From Desulfatiglandales bacterium (GTDB lineage Bacteria > Desulfobacterota > DSM-4660 > Desulfatiglandales > HGW-15): DNA of 64,000 nt. The notes beneath the pieces are model-generated. The model made no database searches and was not told the DNA's origin. It worked only from the letters and a program-made list of their open reading frames with translations. Position 1 is the first letter of the stretch; the number at the start of each line of letters is the position of its first letter. This document shows, piece after piece, positions 49,428 to 57,936 of this stretch. Both the position numbers and the translations under genes were made by a program. The stretch is taken from contig CAXXJJ010000004.1 in assembly GCA_963667015.2 (NCBI GenBank), positions 2,944,001-3,008,000 of the forward strand. The letters run 5' to 3'.

Positions 49428-50153
49428 ATGGAAGCACCTTACACAAATCAAACAGCAAAAGAGACCATGTGCAGATGGGTCTGGGTTGTTATATTTGCCA
49501 TTGCCTTTGCATGGGTTGAAAGCGCAGTGGTAGTTTACCTGAGAGAGATATTTTATGAAGGCCCCGATATATTCCCCCTTACTGTAAACTGGGACGGTGA
49601 TACATATGTGGGGAACTATCTCACCCGGATTGAACTTGTACGAGAGTTTGCCACGCTTGTAATGCTTGTTTCAGTGGGCTGGATGGCGGGAAGGACCCGA
49701 TGGCAGAAATTCTGCTTTTTTATGATAGCATTTGGTGTATGGGATATCTTTTACTATGTGTGGCTTTATGTAATGATAGGATGGCCAGAGGGCATTATGA
49801 CATGGGACATACTTTTCCTGCTGCCCCTTCCTTGGGTAGGGCCGGTTATAACACCCGTATTGATTGCCCTTGCAATGACAGCAGCCGGGACCATAATTAT
49901 CTACATGGAAGAAAAAGGACATGAAATAAGATTCTGCTGGTATGACTGGGCGATTGTAATGCTGTGCGGTCTGCTGATGATTGTAGCCTTCTGCTGGGAC
50001 TGGAAAAACATTGTCCAGCTTCCCGGAGACGCAAACAGGACCGGAATTCCCAATCCTTTTTTCTGGGGACTTTACCTGCCGCCCTATCTGATATCGGTTT
50101 TATATTTTGTCTTCAGGTTGAAACAGAATATTAAAAAGGCAAAGTTGCAGTAA
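49428..50153 (+). CDS. Conserved hypothetical integral membrane protein
   Basis: About 6 TMs; E.AVVVYLR, REFATL.ML, WDIFYY and DILFL.P.PW.GPV motifs; AAGGAGG RBS before 49428. Confidence 0.75.
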   Translation: MEAPYTNQTAKETMCRWVWVVIFAIAFAWVESAVVVYLREIFYEGPDIFPLTVNWDGDTYVGNYLTRIELVREFATLVMLVSVGWMAGRTRWQKFCFFMIAFGVWDIFYYVWLYVMIGWPEGIMTWDILFLLPLPWVGPVITPVLIALAMTAAGTIIIYMEEKGHEIRFCWYDWAIVMLCGLLMIVAFCWDWKNIVQLPGDANRTGIPNPFFWGLYLPPYLISVLYFVFRLKQNIKKAKLQ

Positions 50154-50157
50154 TGTA

Positions 50158-50184
50158 GTAGGTTGGGTTAAAAATCCAACCTAC
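50158..50184. repeat. GTAG-type REP-like palindrome
   Basis: GTAGGTTGGGTT-AAA-AATCCAACCTAC directly after a stop codon. Confidence 0.65.
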
Positions 50185-50501
50185 CAGGTTAAAGGCTGCC
50201 CCCTCCGGTCTTCTCCATGTAGGCTTTTTAGAACAGTGTGTATGTAAAAACCTTCACCAGTTTAAAATCGATAAAACCCCTTCTAATCCTGGCAATTGCC
50301 TGTTTAATGCCCTGTAGCCGATGTAAGCTTTTCACTTCGCTTAAATCTGTGTGTCTTTTTCAGGCAGAAAATACATGAATAAACTGTAGCGGTTTTGAAG
50401 TTTATTTATTCCAACAACTTACTGTAAATTAAAATAATTTTCTATTTGCATGGCTAAATGTTCCACCATTACAGGGCCTGTTTTCAAATTATCAATTCTT
50501 C

Positions 50502-50516
50502 CGGCATACAAGTTGC
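50502..50516 (+). promoter_or_regulatory. Sigma54 promoter
   Basis: CGGCAT-ACAAG-TTGC. Confidence 0.65.
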
Positions 50517-50568
50517 TTTTAACCATAAGGGGTTAAACTAAATTTTAATTTTTAAAGGAGAGAAACAG

Positions 50569-51045
50569 ATGAAAAAATTGATAGTTATAGCAGCGATCAT
50601 CGCATTCATACCTGCTCTTGCAATTGCCGCTGAAAAACCCGGTTCAAAAGAAACTAAAAAAGTAATGGACTATTATGACTCCGGCAAAGGGGGCGGGGCA
50701 GTTCTGGTTGATTATACCTTGTGCCAGGAAATGGGAAAGGAAGAGGAAAGCAAAAATGACTGCATACGGCCTTTTTCCGGAAAGGATATCAAGGCAGGCG
50801 AAGATGTTTATCTGTGGATGAATTTTATGATACCGGTTGATGACACAGCCAATATTTATCTGGCATATACACGAAACAATCGAATAAGAAATACTCAGGA
50901 AATCAAGCTCAATAGCGCCTTTCGATACAGAACATGGAAGAAAATTGTTACAGACAAAGCTGGCGAGTGGACTATTCAGATTTTTCAGGAATTAGAGGAT
51001 AAAGATATTGATTTAGGCTCGATAAGCTATACGGTAAAAGAATAA
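50569..51045 (+). CDS. Secreted beta-sandwich protein (DUF2914-like C-terminus)
   Basis: Signal peptide; YRTWKKI...GEWTIQI. Confidence 0.65.
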   Translation: MKKLIVIAAIIAFIPALAIAAEKPGSKETKKVMDYYDSGKGGGAVLVDYTLCQEMGKEEESKNDCIRPFSGKDIKAGEDVYLWMNFMIPVDDTANIYLAYTRNNRIRNTQEIKLNSAFRYRTWKKIVTDKAGEWTIQIFQELEDKDIDLGSISYTVKE

Positions 51046-51474
51046 CCCTTTGATTTATAATCCATTTGCCCTTTATTTTTTTGGCACGGTTGACCATGAA
51101 AATTTACAGGTGAGCAGCGGTAGAAGAGGGACGACCTAGATTATTCAGTTTTTTAATGGTTCCTGTTCCTGAAAAAGTACGAAACGCCGGGAGGGCCAAC
51201 TCCCGGCCTTTCAATAGGTTCAAAAAGATCGAACATATTATGAAAATAACTGATAATTAATTTACATTTTATTCATGCCAAGGGTGCCCTCCATCCCGCA
51301 TCCTGTCAAGAGTGATGACCCCTCTGTTCTAGGCATGACCCAAAATATATACCCATAATGAGTATAATTTTTCATACAAAATATTGGATCTTTATCTTTG
51401 GATATGAGATTCATTATTAAAAGTAATTCCATAATATCAGCTTGTTAATGTCGTATTCTAATTTTTGAATCTTA

Positions 51475-51489
51475 AGGTATGTATTTTGC
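51475..51489 (+). promoter_or_regulatory. Possible sigma54 promoter
   Basis: AGGTAT-GTATT-TTGC (GG-N10-GC). Confidence 0.4.
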
Positions 51490-51580
51490 AGTATTATGAT
51501 GAACCAAATTTTTTTATGTTACCAGGGAGATATTACCGTGAGATCAGATGAAAAACCTTTAAAAACTGGAAGCCTCCTCC

Positions 51581-51976
51581 ATGAAAGATAAGACTATAAA
51601 AAATAAAACTATAAAAGCCTTTTTAAGTAAGGATACCGAGTTCGAGGGAATACTGACTTTTTATGGAACAGTCAGACTGGACGGACATTTCAAGGGAAAA
51701 ATAACATCTGCTGAAGGTAATTTAATTGTAGGTGAGTCTGGAATTATCGATGCCGATATACATGTCTCCCAAATAGTTATCAGCGGTGAGATACGAGGCA
51801 ATATCATTGCTGATCATAAGGTTGATATACAACCCCCTGGAAAGATTTTTGGAAATATTCAGACTCCTGTTTTGTCACTACAAGAAGGCGCCATTCTTGA
51901 AGGGGATGTTCATATGTCTCCCAAAGACGAGACATATGAAAAAAAAGTGACTGCAATAGGGGTAGAGGTACGGTAA
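51581..51976 (+). CDS. Bactofilin (polymer-forming cytoskeletal protein)
   Basis: FEG.LTF.GTVRLDG.FKG, LIVGESG, ISGEIRGNI, EGAILEG beta-helix repeats. Confidence 0.9.
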   Translation: MKDKTIKNKTIKAFLSKDTEFEGILTFYGTVRLDGHFKGKITSAEGNLIVGESGIIDADIHVSQIVISGEIRGNIIADHKVDIQPPGKIFGNIQTPVLSLQEGAILEGDVHMSPKDETYEKKVTAIGVEVR

Positions 51977-52407
51977 TAAACGTGTAAAGTGGTCAACCAC
52001 GGACTGTGATGTTTTAATATGATCTTCAGCGTCTTTGTTGGGTTGCCCTTCGGTGGACCTCTCGGCCATGAGCTCGAAGCCGAATGGCTCAGGGCCTAGA
52101 GCCAAAGTCGAAAGGCTTCGCTTAACCCAACCTGCTGTCTGTCAAGAATGATGCCCCCTCTTTTTTTAAGCTATCAGAAGCGTTTTGATATTTTGATTCC
52201 TGAGAAGTAAGTCTCTTTTGTAGAATTCTTAAAAATGGCTTGGTGTAATAGCCTGTAATCACGATATAATTTTTTCGAGGAATATACCAAAATACCGAAA
52301 ACTATAGTTGCTTCTCAGGAATCATATTTTGAGGAACGTCCCCTAGTCTTATTACGAAAAATGAAATAAATGGTAAACTTGCTAAATAATCAAATAGCCG
52401 ATATTAT

Positions 52408-53394
52408 TTACTTTCTAATTTGCCATATAAACACTAAAACACACAAAATAATAAACACTAGACCAATAATCGATCCCCATCTATCAATTATATCTAATGC
52501 TGCCTGATTATTTATAATGGTTAGATACAATCCAATAATAAAACCTATCAACGAAGCTGAAATCGCTACCCATCTTGTCTGCAGTTCTTTGGCTTTACTA
52601 CCTAATGCGTCTGAAATTTCTTTATTCATATTACTCCTGATCCCCTTACTTTCGTTGCATGCATCATCTACTTCTGTTGATAACCTGTTTATTGAATCAT
52701 AAATTTGTGAATATTCATTTGTTACTATTTCAAATTTATTTTGAACTGTTTTAAGGCATTCTCCTAACACATCCCAAGGATATCCTGAGTTGATAAGGTT
52801 TTTTAGTAATTCTTCAGGGCCCCCTTCAACATAAGAATCCACCCATTCAGAGGGTTTGAGGCCAACACGAGGAGGTTTTCTCATTGAACTGACATACCCT
52901 TCCAAATTCTGATAATCGCCGTCATAAGGTTTATCCGGTGTTTCACCATTTCCCAGTTTAAATATAGTAAGTCTGAATAATTTTTCCTTATGGCTAAATT
53001 CACGAGGCTTATTTGAAGTATTAGCTATTGTCCAGTTCAAAGTACCTCGATATCCAGCATCAACTTGAGTAGTCGGAGCAACTATTCCCTCCCTAGAGAG
53101 ATCAGTTGTTGGGCTTACAAATGCATGAAGATCATGATCGGGATAAATCTTTCTGACGATTTCTCGTCTAAAATCGATCATCTCGTGTGCCACTAAACCA
53201 ACAGAATGTCCCGGCCTAACACGTATAGCTTTAGATTCTCTACCTAATCTAAATTCTTTCCCACTATTAAGCATCTCACCTTCTTCACCAAGCCGGAGAA
53301 TATAGGAATTAGGTCTAATACAATCTGATTCACCACCAATAATTACAGTACCAAACAGTTTTTGAATTTCTTCATCATTCAGAATTTCTGCCAT
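52408..53394 (-). CDS. dCTP deaminase/dUTPase-fold protein with C-terminal coiled coil and two TM helices
   Basis: ILNDEEI, IRPNSYILRLG, TDLSREG, QVDAGYRGTL, KPYDGDYQNLEG match the trimeric Dcd pattern; two hydrophobic helices at the end; start placed at 53394 after AAGAAGG. Confidence 0.75.
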   Translation of the reverse strand: MAEILNDEEIQKLFGTVIIGGESDCIRPNSYILRLGEEGEMLNSGKEFRLGRESKAIRVRPGHSVGLVAHEMIDFRREIVRKIYPDHDLHAFVSPTTDLSREGIVAPTTQVDAGYRGTLNWTIANTSNKPREFSHKEKLFRLTIFKLGNGETPDKPYDGDYQNLEGYVSSMRKPPRVGLKPSEWVDSYVEGGPEELLKNLINSGYPWDVLGECLKTVQNKFEIVTNEYSQIYDSINRLSTEVDDACNESKGIRSNMNKEISDALGSKAKELQTRWVAISASLIGFIIGLYLTIINNQAALDIIDRWGSIIGLVFIILCVLVFIWQIRK

Positions 53395-53881
53395 AGTAGC
53401 CTTCTTTTTAGATGTGATGATTGTACATTCAATGCCAATACTTCGCTTTGTTACATCGTTCATAAAGTGTTGAAAGTCAAGGAAAAAAAACTTAATTTAT
53501 TAATAAAATTAGGCAGTTAAAGAACAGAATAGGTTTGTGGAATTGTTGATAAATACCCTATTGTCCTAATAAAGTTAGAGAATTTCCTATATTCACTTGT
53601 TTAAAAGTTGTCGATAACGACAATGCTATTTGAAGCAAATAATTGTACATCAGCAGCTTTTTCTCATTCGTCAGTTTTTCCAGCGTTACTGGATATTTGA
53701 ACTGAGTCAGGTTTATATTAAATTCCTTTACACATGAATCAAGATTCATTCAAAATATTTGCTAGCCATCTGTGATATTCGGATATACTACATTTCCAAC
53801 CCCGATGAACCAGATGAAAGCTGAAAACTTATAAACTTATGGGCATCCCCTTCATGGGCACAGCACCTATTTCTTTACATT

Positions 53882-54544
53882 TTAATCTTTTTTTACTGGT
53901 GTAAATTCTGAAAGATGATCTCTGAACCATTGCCGTGTTGCAAGGGGCCTCCATCGTTCCAGGTTAAAACGAAAATCACATTTCCCTATGCACTGCCCAC
54001 ACCCACACGGACATAATAGTTTATTTGCATCACGCTTCCTTTTCCCCAACGCCCTCAAAACCTGTAGAACAGAAGCCTTATCAGGCACACTAAAAAAATG
54101 CTGGTAATCATCTATTAATCCAGCCTCCCCATGATCCAATTCACCGAATGGATAGATATTGTGTAGTATTTTATAGCTGACAGCATAAAGAAATGGATCA
54201 ATAATTTTTTCACTAAAATCAATTATTGTGGGATGTTCGAAAAGAATAGATTTAAGCTTTATTTCTGACCCAAGGCATAAAGTGCCATCTTTGTTAGTAT
54301 GGTGATCGGAATTTTTCGGAATTTGATTTCCAATTTCAAAAACTTGAGGAAGCGATCTGGGATAGCGAGCCGGGAAAATAGTTCGAAGCTTATATGTCTC
54401 CTGAATAGCCTCATAGTCATCCATTTGTGCATTGAGGTAATAATCCCCTTCTATTACAACCCGCTCTTCTCCATACTCTGTGAGCCGCATTCTGGGGTGT
54501 AAAGATAAAAAACCCTGTAGCTCAAACTTATTCCACTTTGACAT
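53882..54544 (-). CDS. Prokaryotic E2-like (UBC-fold) protein with SEC-C-like Cys motif, CBASS accessory
   Basis: FPARYPRSLPQV...HTNKDGTLCLG (putative catalytic Cys); CPCGCGQCIGKC near the C-terminus; abuts the CD-NTase. Confidence 0.78.
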   Translation of the reverse strand: MSKWNKFELQGFLSLHPRMRLTEYGEERVVIEGDYYLNAQMDDYEAIQETYKLRTIFPARYPRSLPQVFEIGNQIPKNSDHHTNKDGTLCLGSEIKLKSILFEHPTIIDFSEKIIDPFLYAVSYKILHNIYPFGELDHGEAGLIDDYQHFFSVPDKASVLQVLRALGKRKRDANKLLCPCGCGQCIGKCDFRFNLERWRPLATRQWFRDHLSEFTPVKKD

Positions 54545-55744
54545 TTACATTCTACACCAAGGCCTTGGGCTGGAAGCTTCTACATGTTTAGGTGAAGTGA
54601 TAACTGCGGCACTCAATCCTAACATATGCTCAATGTCGATTTTATCGAGATTGACAGAAAATCCACGGTCAGCAGCATCCAGAATGACCTGACTATTATC
54701 TTTTGAGCAAATTGCAGCAAAGTCGGCTTTTGCTTGAAACACCCATCTATAAAAATTATCCCGTAACTTCAGGTGGGTGTGTTTTTCAGAATACCATTTA
54801 TCTGCAAAATCCTCTGCCGGGTTTACCGGATTGGGAACAAGCGGCACACTTTGCTGAATATAGTCTTCCATGGAATTTAAAATATTGGAGAGAGCAGATA
54901 CTAAATCACTTTCACCTCTATATGCACGAGCAGCTAAAGTCGTGATGATTACAGAAATTGGTTTTGAATCCTCATTCCCTTCAAACATCGTGTCTCTGTG
55001 GCGCTTTAAAAGTTGAACGGCACTTTGAAGTGGCGTTTTCCATCGGTAATAAGGAAGCGTATCGATACTTGCTTTAATAGCCCTTTCGCGTTCATTTAAA
55101 AAATCAGCGGCTGCGCGCATCCTGCTTTCAAACCAGCGAGCATATCCTTCCGGGTTACTAATACGCCAATCTTCAGTTATAGTTTTATATCCAAGGTCTG
55201 TATTATCGGTTATCGATAGAGCCAGTACCGAGACATCGGAGGCAAGAGATTCCTCTAACTTGGATAGACTGACCATTCTGTCTCTCAATAAAATTCTTAT
55301 TGAATCACTTTCAGGAATACATGGTACAATATCCATATGGAAGCTTAGGCCATCTGCATATTCCAATCTCCAACAACGTTTTTTTTCAGCCAAATCTTCT
55401 TTTATGTGGCGTTCCTTCCTGTACTCTTCCAGTTCATCACCAATCAGTACTTTTAGCTGTTCCTGTGTCGTTGTTTTTTTCGACAATCCATGACGAAGAT
55501 CGCAACCCATATCAAGATCATATGCTTCACCTTTATATGGCCTGTTTGCTGTTCCCAGCCTGAAAGAACCTTGAGAAAACACATGCGGATCAAAATGCAC
55601 ACACTTTGACTCTTCCCTATGAAGCCATTCACCGATGTCTTTATAGCGCCTTTCTGCTTTTTCGTAAGCTCCCTCCGGCAGTTCAATTTTTTCCAATAAT
55701 TTTTCTAATACCGCATTACTTCTTTTATCAAACATGAATATCAC
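54545..55744 (-). CDS. cGAS/DncV-like nucleotidyltransferase (CD-NTase, probably clade G)
   Basis: SQGSFRLGT, YDLD, FHMDIVP, SNPEGYARWF, QLLKRHRD, KPISVIITTLAA, NPVNPAEDFADKW; likely start 55735. Confidence 0.92.
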   Translation of the reverse strand: MIFMFDKRSNAVLEKLLEKIELPEGAYEKAERRYKDIGEWLHREESKCVHFDPHVFSQGSFRLGTANRPYKGEAYDLDMGCDLRHGLSKKTTTQEQLKVLIGDELEEYRKERHIKEDLAEKKRCWRLEYADGLSFHMDIVPCIPESDSIRILLRDRMVSLSKLEESLASDVSVLALSITDNTDLGYKTITEDWRISNPEGYARWFESRMRAAADFLNERERAIKASIDTLPYYRWKTPLQSAVQLLKRHRDTMFEGNEDSKPISVIITTLAARAYRGESDLVSALSNILNSMEDYIQQSVPLVPNPVNPAEDFADKWYSEKHTHLKLRDNFYRWVFQAKADFAAICSKDNSQVILDAADRGFSVNLDKIDIEHMLGLSAAVITSPKHVEASSPRPWCRM

Positions 55745-56885
55745 CTCGTAATTCTATGGATTTATTAAACTCCTGTTTTCCAAAATCCTGATCGTAAATA
55801 ATCCATGGCATCTCAGCTTTTGGCATTCTTGCGCGACCCAATTCGACGCAACATGAAACAGGCATAACAGGAAAGATATGCAAGGGCGCATCATTTCCGT
55901 GTTTATTTTTAATATCGACCATCAACTTTCTTACACCTCTGCGAAAGGCAGAAAGTTGGTGCTTTGACTTCATGAAATCGTTATGAGGGCTTTCGATAGT
56001 CACTTCCCAGATATTGGCATCCTCTAAAACGCGTGTAATACGATCATGAGCAACATGGTCGCTAAGCGAAAACAATAGAGCCGGAACTCCATCAAAATTG
56101 TCAGGCTCATGCACTTTAAATTTGAATATTTCCGGCAATTCCTGCCAGCGCCAGCCTTTAGGCTCCCGATGTAACTGGTAGGTTTCCACTGATATTTTGT
56201 CTGTAAGAAGCGCACCAAGCTGTATCAAAAGAGGTTGTGGTGCCAGTGCGAATAAAGAAAAATGTTTACAAGAATCCTGAGCAATGAAAGGTGCAATATT
56301 TCTCTCGTATGCCCTGTAAAGATGCGCTTTTTCTGCATCCCAATACTCAGAACTACTGTCTTTTAATTCCGAATTCATCGACAGAATGACAGGCCTTTCA
56401 TTTGCCGGATACCAATTCGGAAACATGGATTTCACACAAGAACGATATTCAATGGGGGATTTTTCAGAGCCTATATTCGAGCCATACAAAACAACATGGC
56501 TTTTCTTGTCCGGCTCTATTCCGGTTACGATTTCAACCCGGCGCTCATGATCGTTTTTCCACTGAATTAGCAATTCTGCTGAATATCTATCACCATTCAC
56601 ATCTTGATCGATCTTTTTATGGCAGCCATGACACATCAGCATCAAATTACTGATATCGTTGAGGCACTTGGGCTTTAATTTAAACGGCCCCCAACCACGC
56701 GGGCCTTTGTCTGAAAAGGAATAGATATGTGCTTTTTGGGCTAAGTTGACAGATTCCTGAGTAACGGAAGATTTGTATAACAGCTTATTGCAACCGCTGA
56801 ACTGGCATCTACCTGCCGCCCTCGCCCATAATTCGCTCTCTACCTGACGTGTTATATACCGTGTGACCTCTTTAGCCATTATCAT
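55728..56885 (-). CDS. HNH-SAVED CBASS nuclease effector (Cap5-type)
   Basis: LWARAAGRCQFSGC, AHI...GPRG, NLMLMCHGCHKKID (HNH); FALAPQPLLIQLG, YQLHREP and LHIFPVMPVS...LG (SAVED). Confidence 0.9.
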   Translation of the reverse strand: MIMAKEVTRYITRQVESELWARAAGRCQFSGCNKLLYKSSVTQESVNLAQKAHIYSFSDKGPRGWGPFKLKPKCLNDISNLMLMCHGCHKKIDQDVNGDRYSAELLIQWKNDHERRVEIVTGIEPDKKSHVVLYGSNIGSEKSPIEYRSCVKSMFPNWYPANERPVILSMNSELKDSSSEYWDAEKAHLYRAYERNIAPFIAQDSCKHFSLFALAPQPLLIQLGALLTDKISVETYQLHREPKGWRWQELPEIFKFKVHEPDNFDGVPALLFSLSDHVAHDRITRVLEDANIWEVTIESPHNDFMKSKHQLSAFRRGVRKLMVDIKNKHGNDAPLHIFPVMPVSCCVELGRARMPKAEMPWIIYDQDFGKQEFNKSIELRGDIHV

Positions 56886-56894
56886 TCCCCTACC

Positions 56895-57266
56895 TTATAT
56901 TTTTCCTACCAGCGGTAATGATCTTGAGGTCAGAGCATCGAGTAACAAATGACTCATATAAGCAGCCCCGGCACAAAGGCCTAAAACTCTTAATAGAGCC
57001 TCAAACCCATCTTGAGGCTCCCAGTCATAAACCTTCTTCGTGCTATACCCAACTAAACCCAGCACCACTAAGCTATGAAAAAATTGTCGATGGTGTGGAT
57101 TCTTCATCGAGGGTTCCAATATATCTGGCAATTTGCCGAATAGCGCACCCATCCCAATTGCTGGTAATGGATTGTGATGGCTGTTTCCAATATCATCCTT
57201 GTCCAATACAGCAACGGTAAGGCCAGATAATCCCCCGATAACTGAATGAGTTGAACCGTTCGGCAT
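56895..57266 (-). CDS. Membrane-bound metal-dependent hydrolase (YdjM/DUF457-like)
   Basis: N-terminal TH, LPDILE, HRQFFHS, SHLLLDALT..SLPL. Confidence 0.8.
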   Translation of the reverse strand: MPNGSTHSVIGGLSGLTVAVLDKDDIGNSHHNPLPAIGMGALFGKLPDILEPSMKNPHHRQFFHSLVVLGLVGYSTKKVYDWEPQDGFEALLRVLGLCAGAAYMSHLLLDALTSRSLPLVGKI

Positions 57267-57268
57267 AG

Positions 57269-57442
57269 CTACTTTTCCTTTCTCACGCCTTTAAAAGGCG
57301 TTTTATCTGATGTCTTAACATCCATGAAACGCCCAGTTTCTGTATCTCGTTTCACATAATGCCCTGATGGGGTTTTTGTTTGTGAGCGGCCTCGAACGGC
57401 CCCGTTTCTGTGTCCATCGCCTTTTGGTGGGTTAGTCGCCAT
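57269..57442 (-). CDS. Small basic protein (57 aa), first gene of the CBASS operon
   Basis: Not in the track. MATNPPKGDGHRNGAVRGRSQTKTPSGHYVKRDTETGRFMDVKTSDKTPFKGVRKEK; AAAGGA RBS; stop 2 bp before the hydrolase start. Confidence 0.8.
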   Translation of the reverse strand: MATNPPKGDGHRNGAVRGRSQTKTPSGHYVKRDTETGRFMDVKTSDKTPFKGVRKEK

Positions 57443-57464
57443 AATGTTTTTCCTTTACAAAAGA

Positions 57465-57572
57465 TTAATAATGGTTAATATTGGAATTAACGATTGTTAA
57501 TATAATAATTCTCGTAATAATGTTTGTCAACGGGTGTTAAGATTTTTTATGATTTTTTTTAACGGGAGTTAA
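57465..57572. promoter_or_regulatory. Divergent sigma70 promoters with four operator boxes TTAAC-N4-GTTAA
   Basis: Boxes at 57465-78, 57487-500, 57527-40 and 57559-72. Minus-strand TTGACA-N17-TATTAT (57530-57502); plus-strand TTGTCA-N18-TATGAT (57524-57553). Confidence 0.72.
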
Positions 57573-57576
57573 TATT

Positions 57577-57936
57577 ATGTCAGATAAAATAGACCAAGCC
57601 AAAATAATAAGTAAAAATATCAAGGATTTAAGAGATAAACTGGGGTGGAACCAATCAAAACTCGCTAATGAAGCAGGCATTACAGGTGCTGCTTTAAGTA
57701 AAATTGAAAAAGGTGATGGCCGCGTCCCTACAATCGTCGTGCTTAATAAAATAGCGTCTGCGCTGAAGGTTCAGCCCTATGAAATCACAGGAGAAGAACC
57801 TCAAAAACTTTCTGCGGCTAATGAACGCAACCGCGAGTTTTACAGAAAATGGGATATACTCGAAAGCCTAACCGAGAAAGACCAGGAGCTACTAAAAGGA
57901 ATGGCAGAAAGATTAAAAGACATTACGGAAGAATAA
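57577..57936 (+). CDS. XRE-family HTH repressor (CapH-like)
   Basis: IKDLRDKLGWNQSKLANEAGITGAALSKIEKG...P; divergent from CBASS. Confidence 0.88.
   Translation: MSDKIDQAKIISKNIKDLRDKLGWNQSKLANEAGITGAALSKIEKGDGRVPTIVVLNKIASALKVQPYEITGEEPQKLSAANERNREFYRKWDILESLTEKDQELLKGMAERLKDITEE

Noticed and set aside
51082..51096. TGGCAC/TGGCAT hexamers as sigma54 promoters (also near 9750, 9857, 9900, 49390)
   Set aside because: No TTGC/TTGA at the required spacing
51186..51207. GCCGGGAG-GGCCAA-CTCCCGGC hairpin as a riboswitch or ncRNA
   Set aside because: Single stem with no further recognisable structure; may simply be a terminator
52408..53394. Housekeeping dcd gene
   Set aside because: Altered catalytic motifs, an extra membrane-anchored C-terminus and island location
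53558..53749. 63-aa minus-strand ORF between E2 and the Dcd-like gene as a sixth CBASS gene
   Set aside because: No RBS or motif; AT-rich sequence; not coupled to its neighbours
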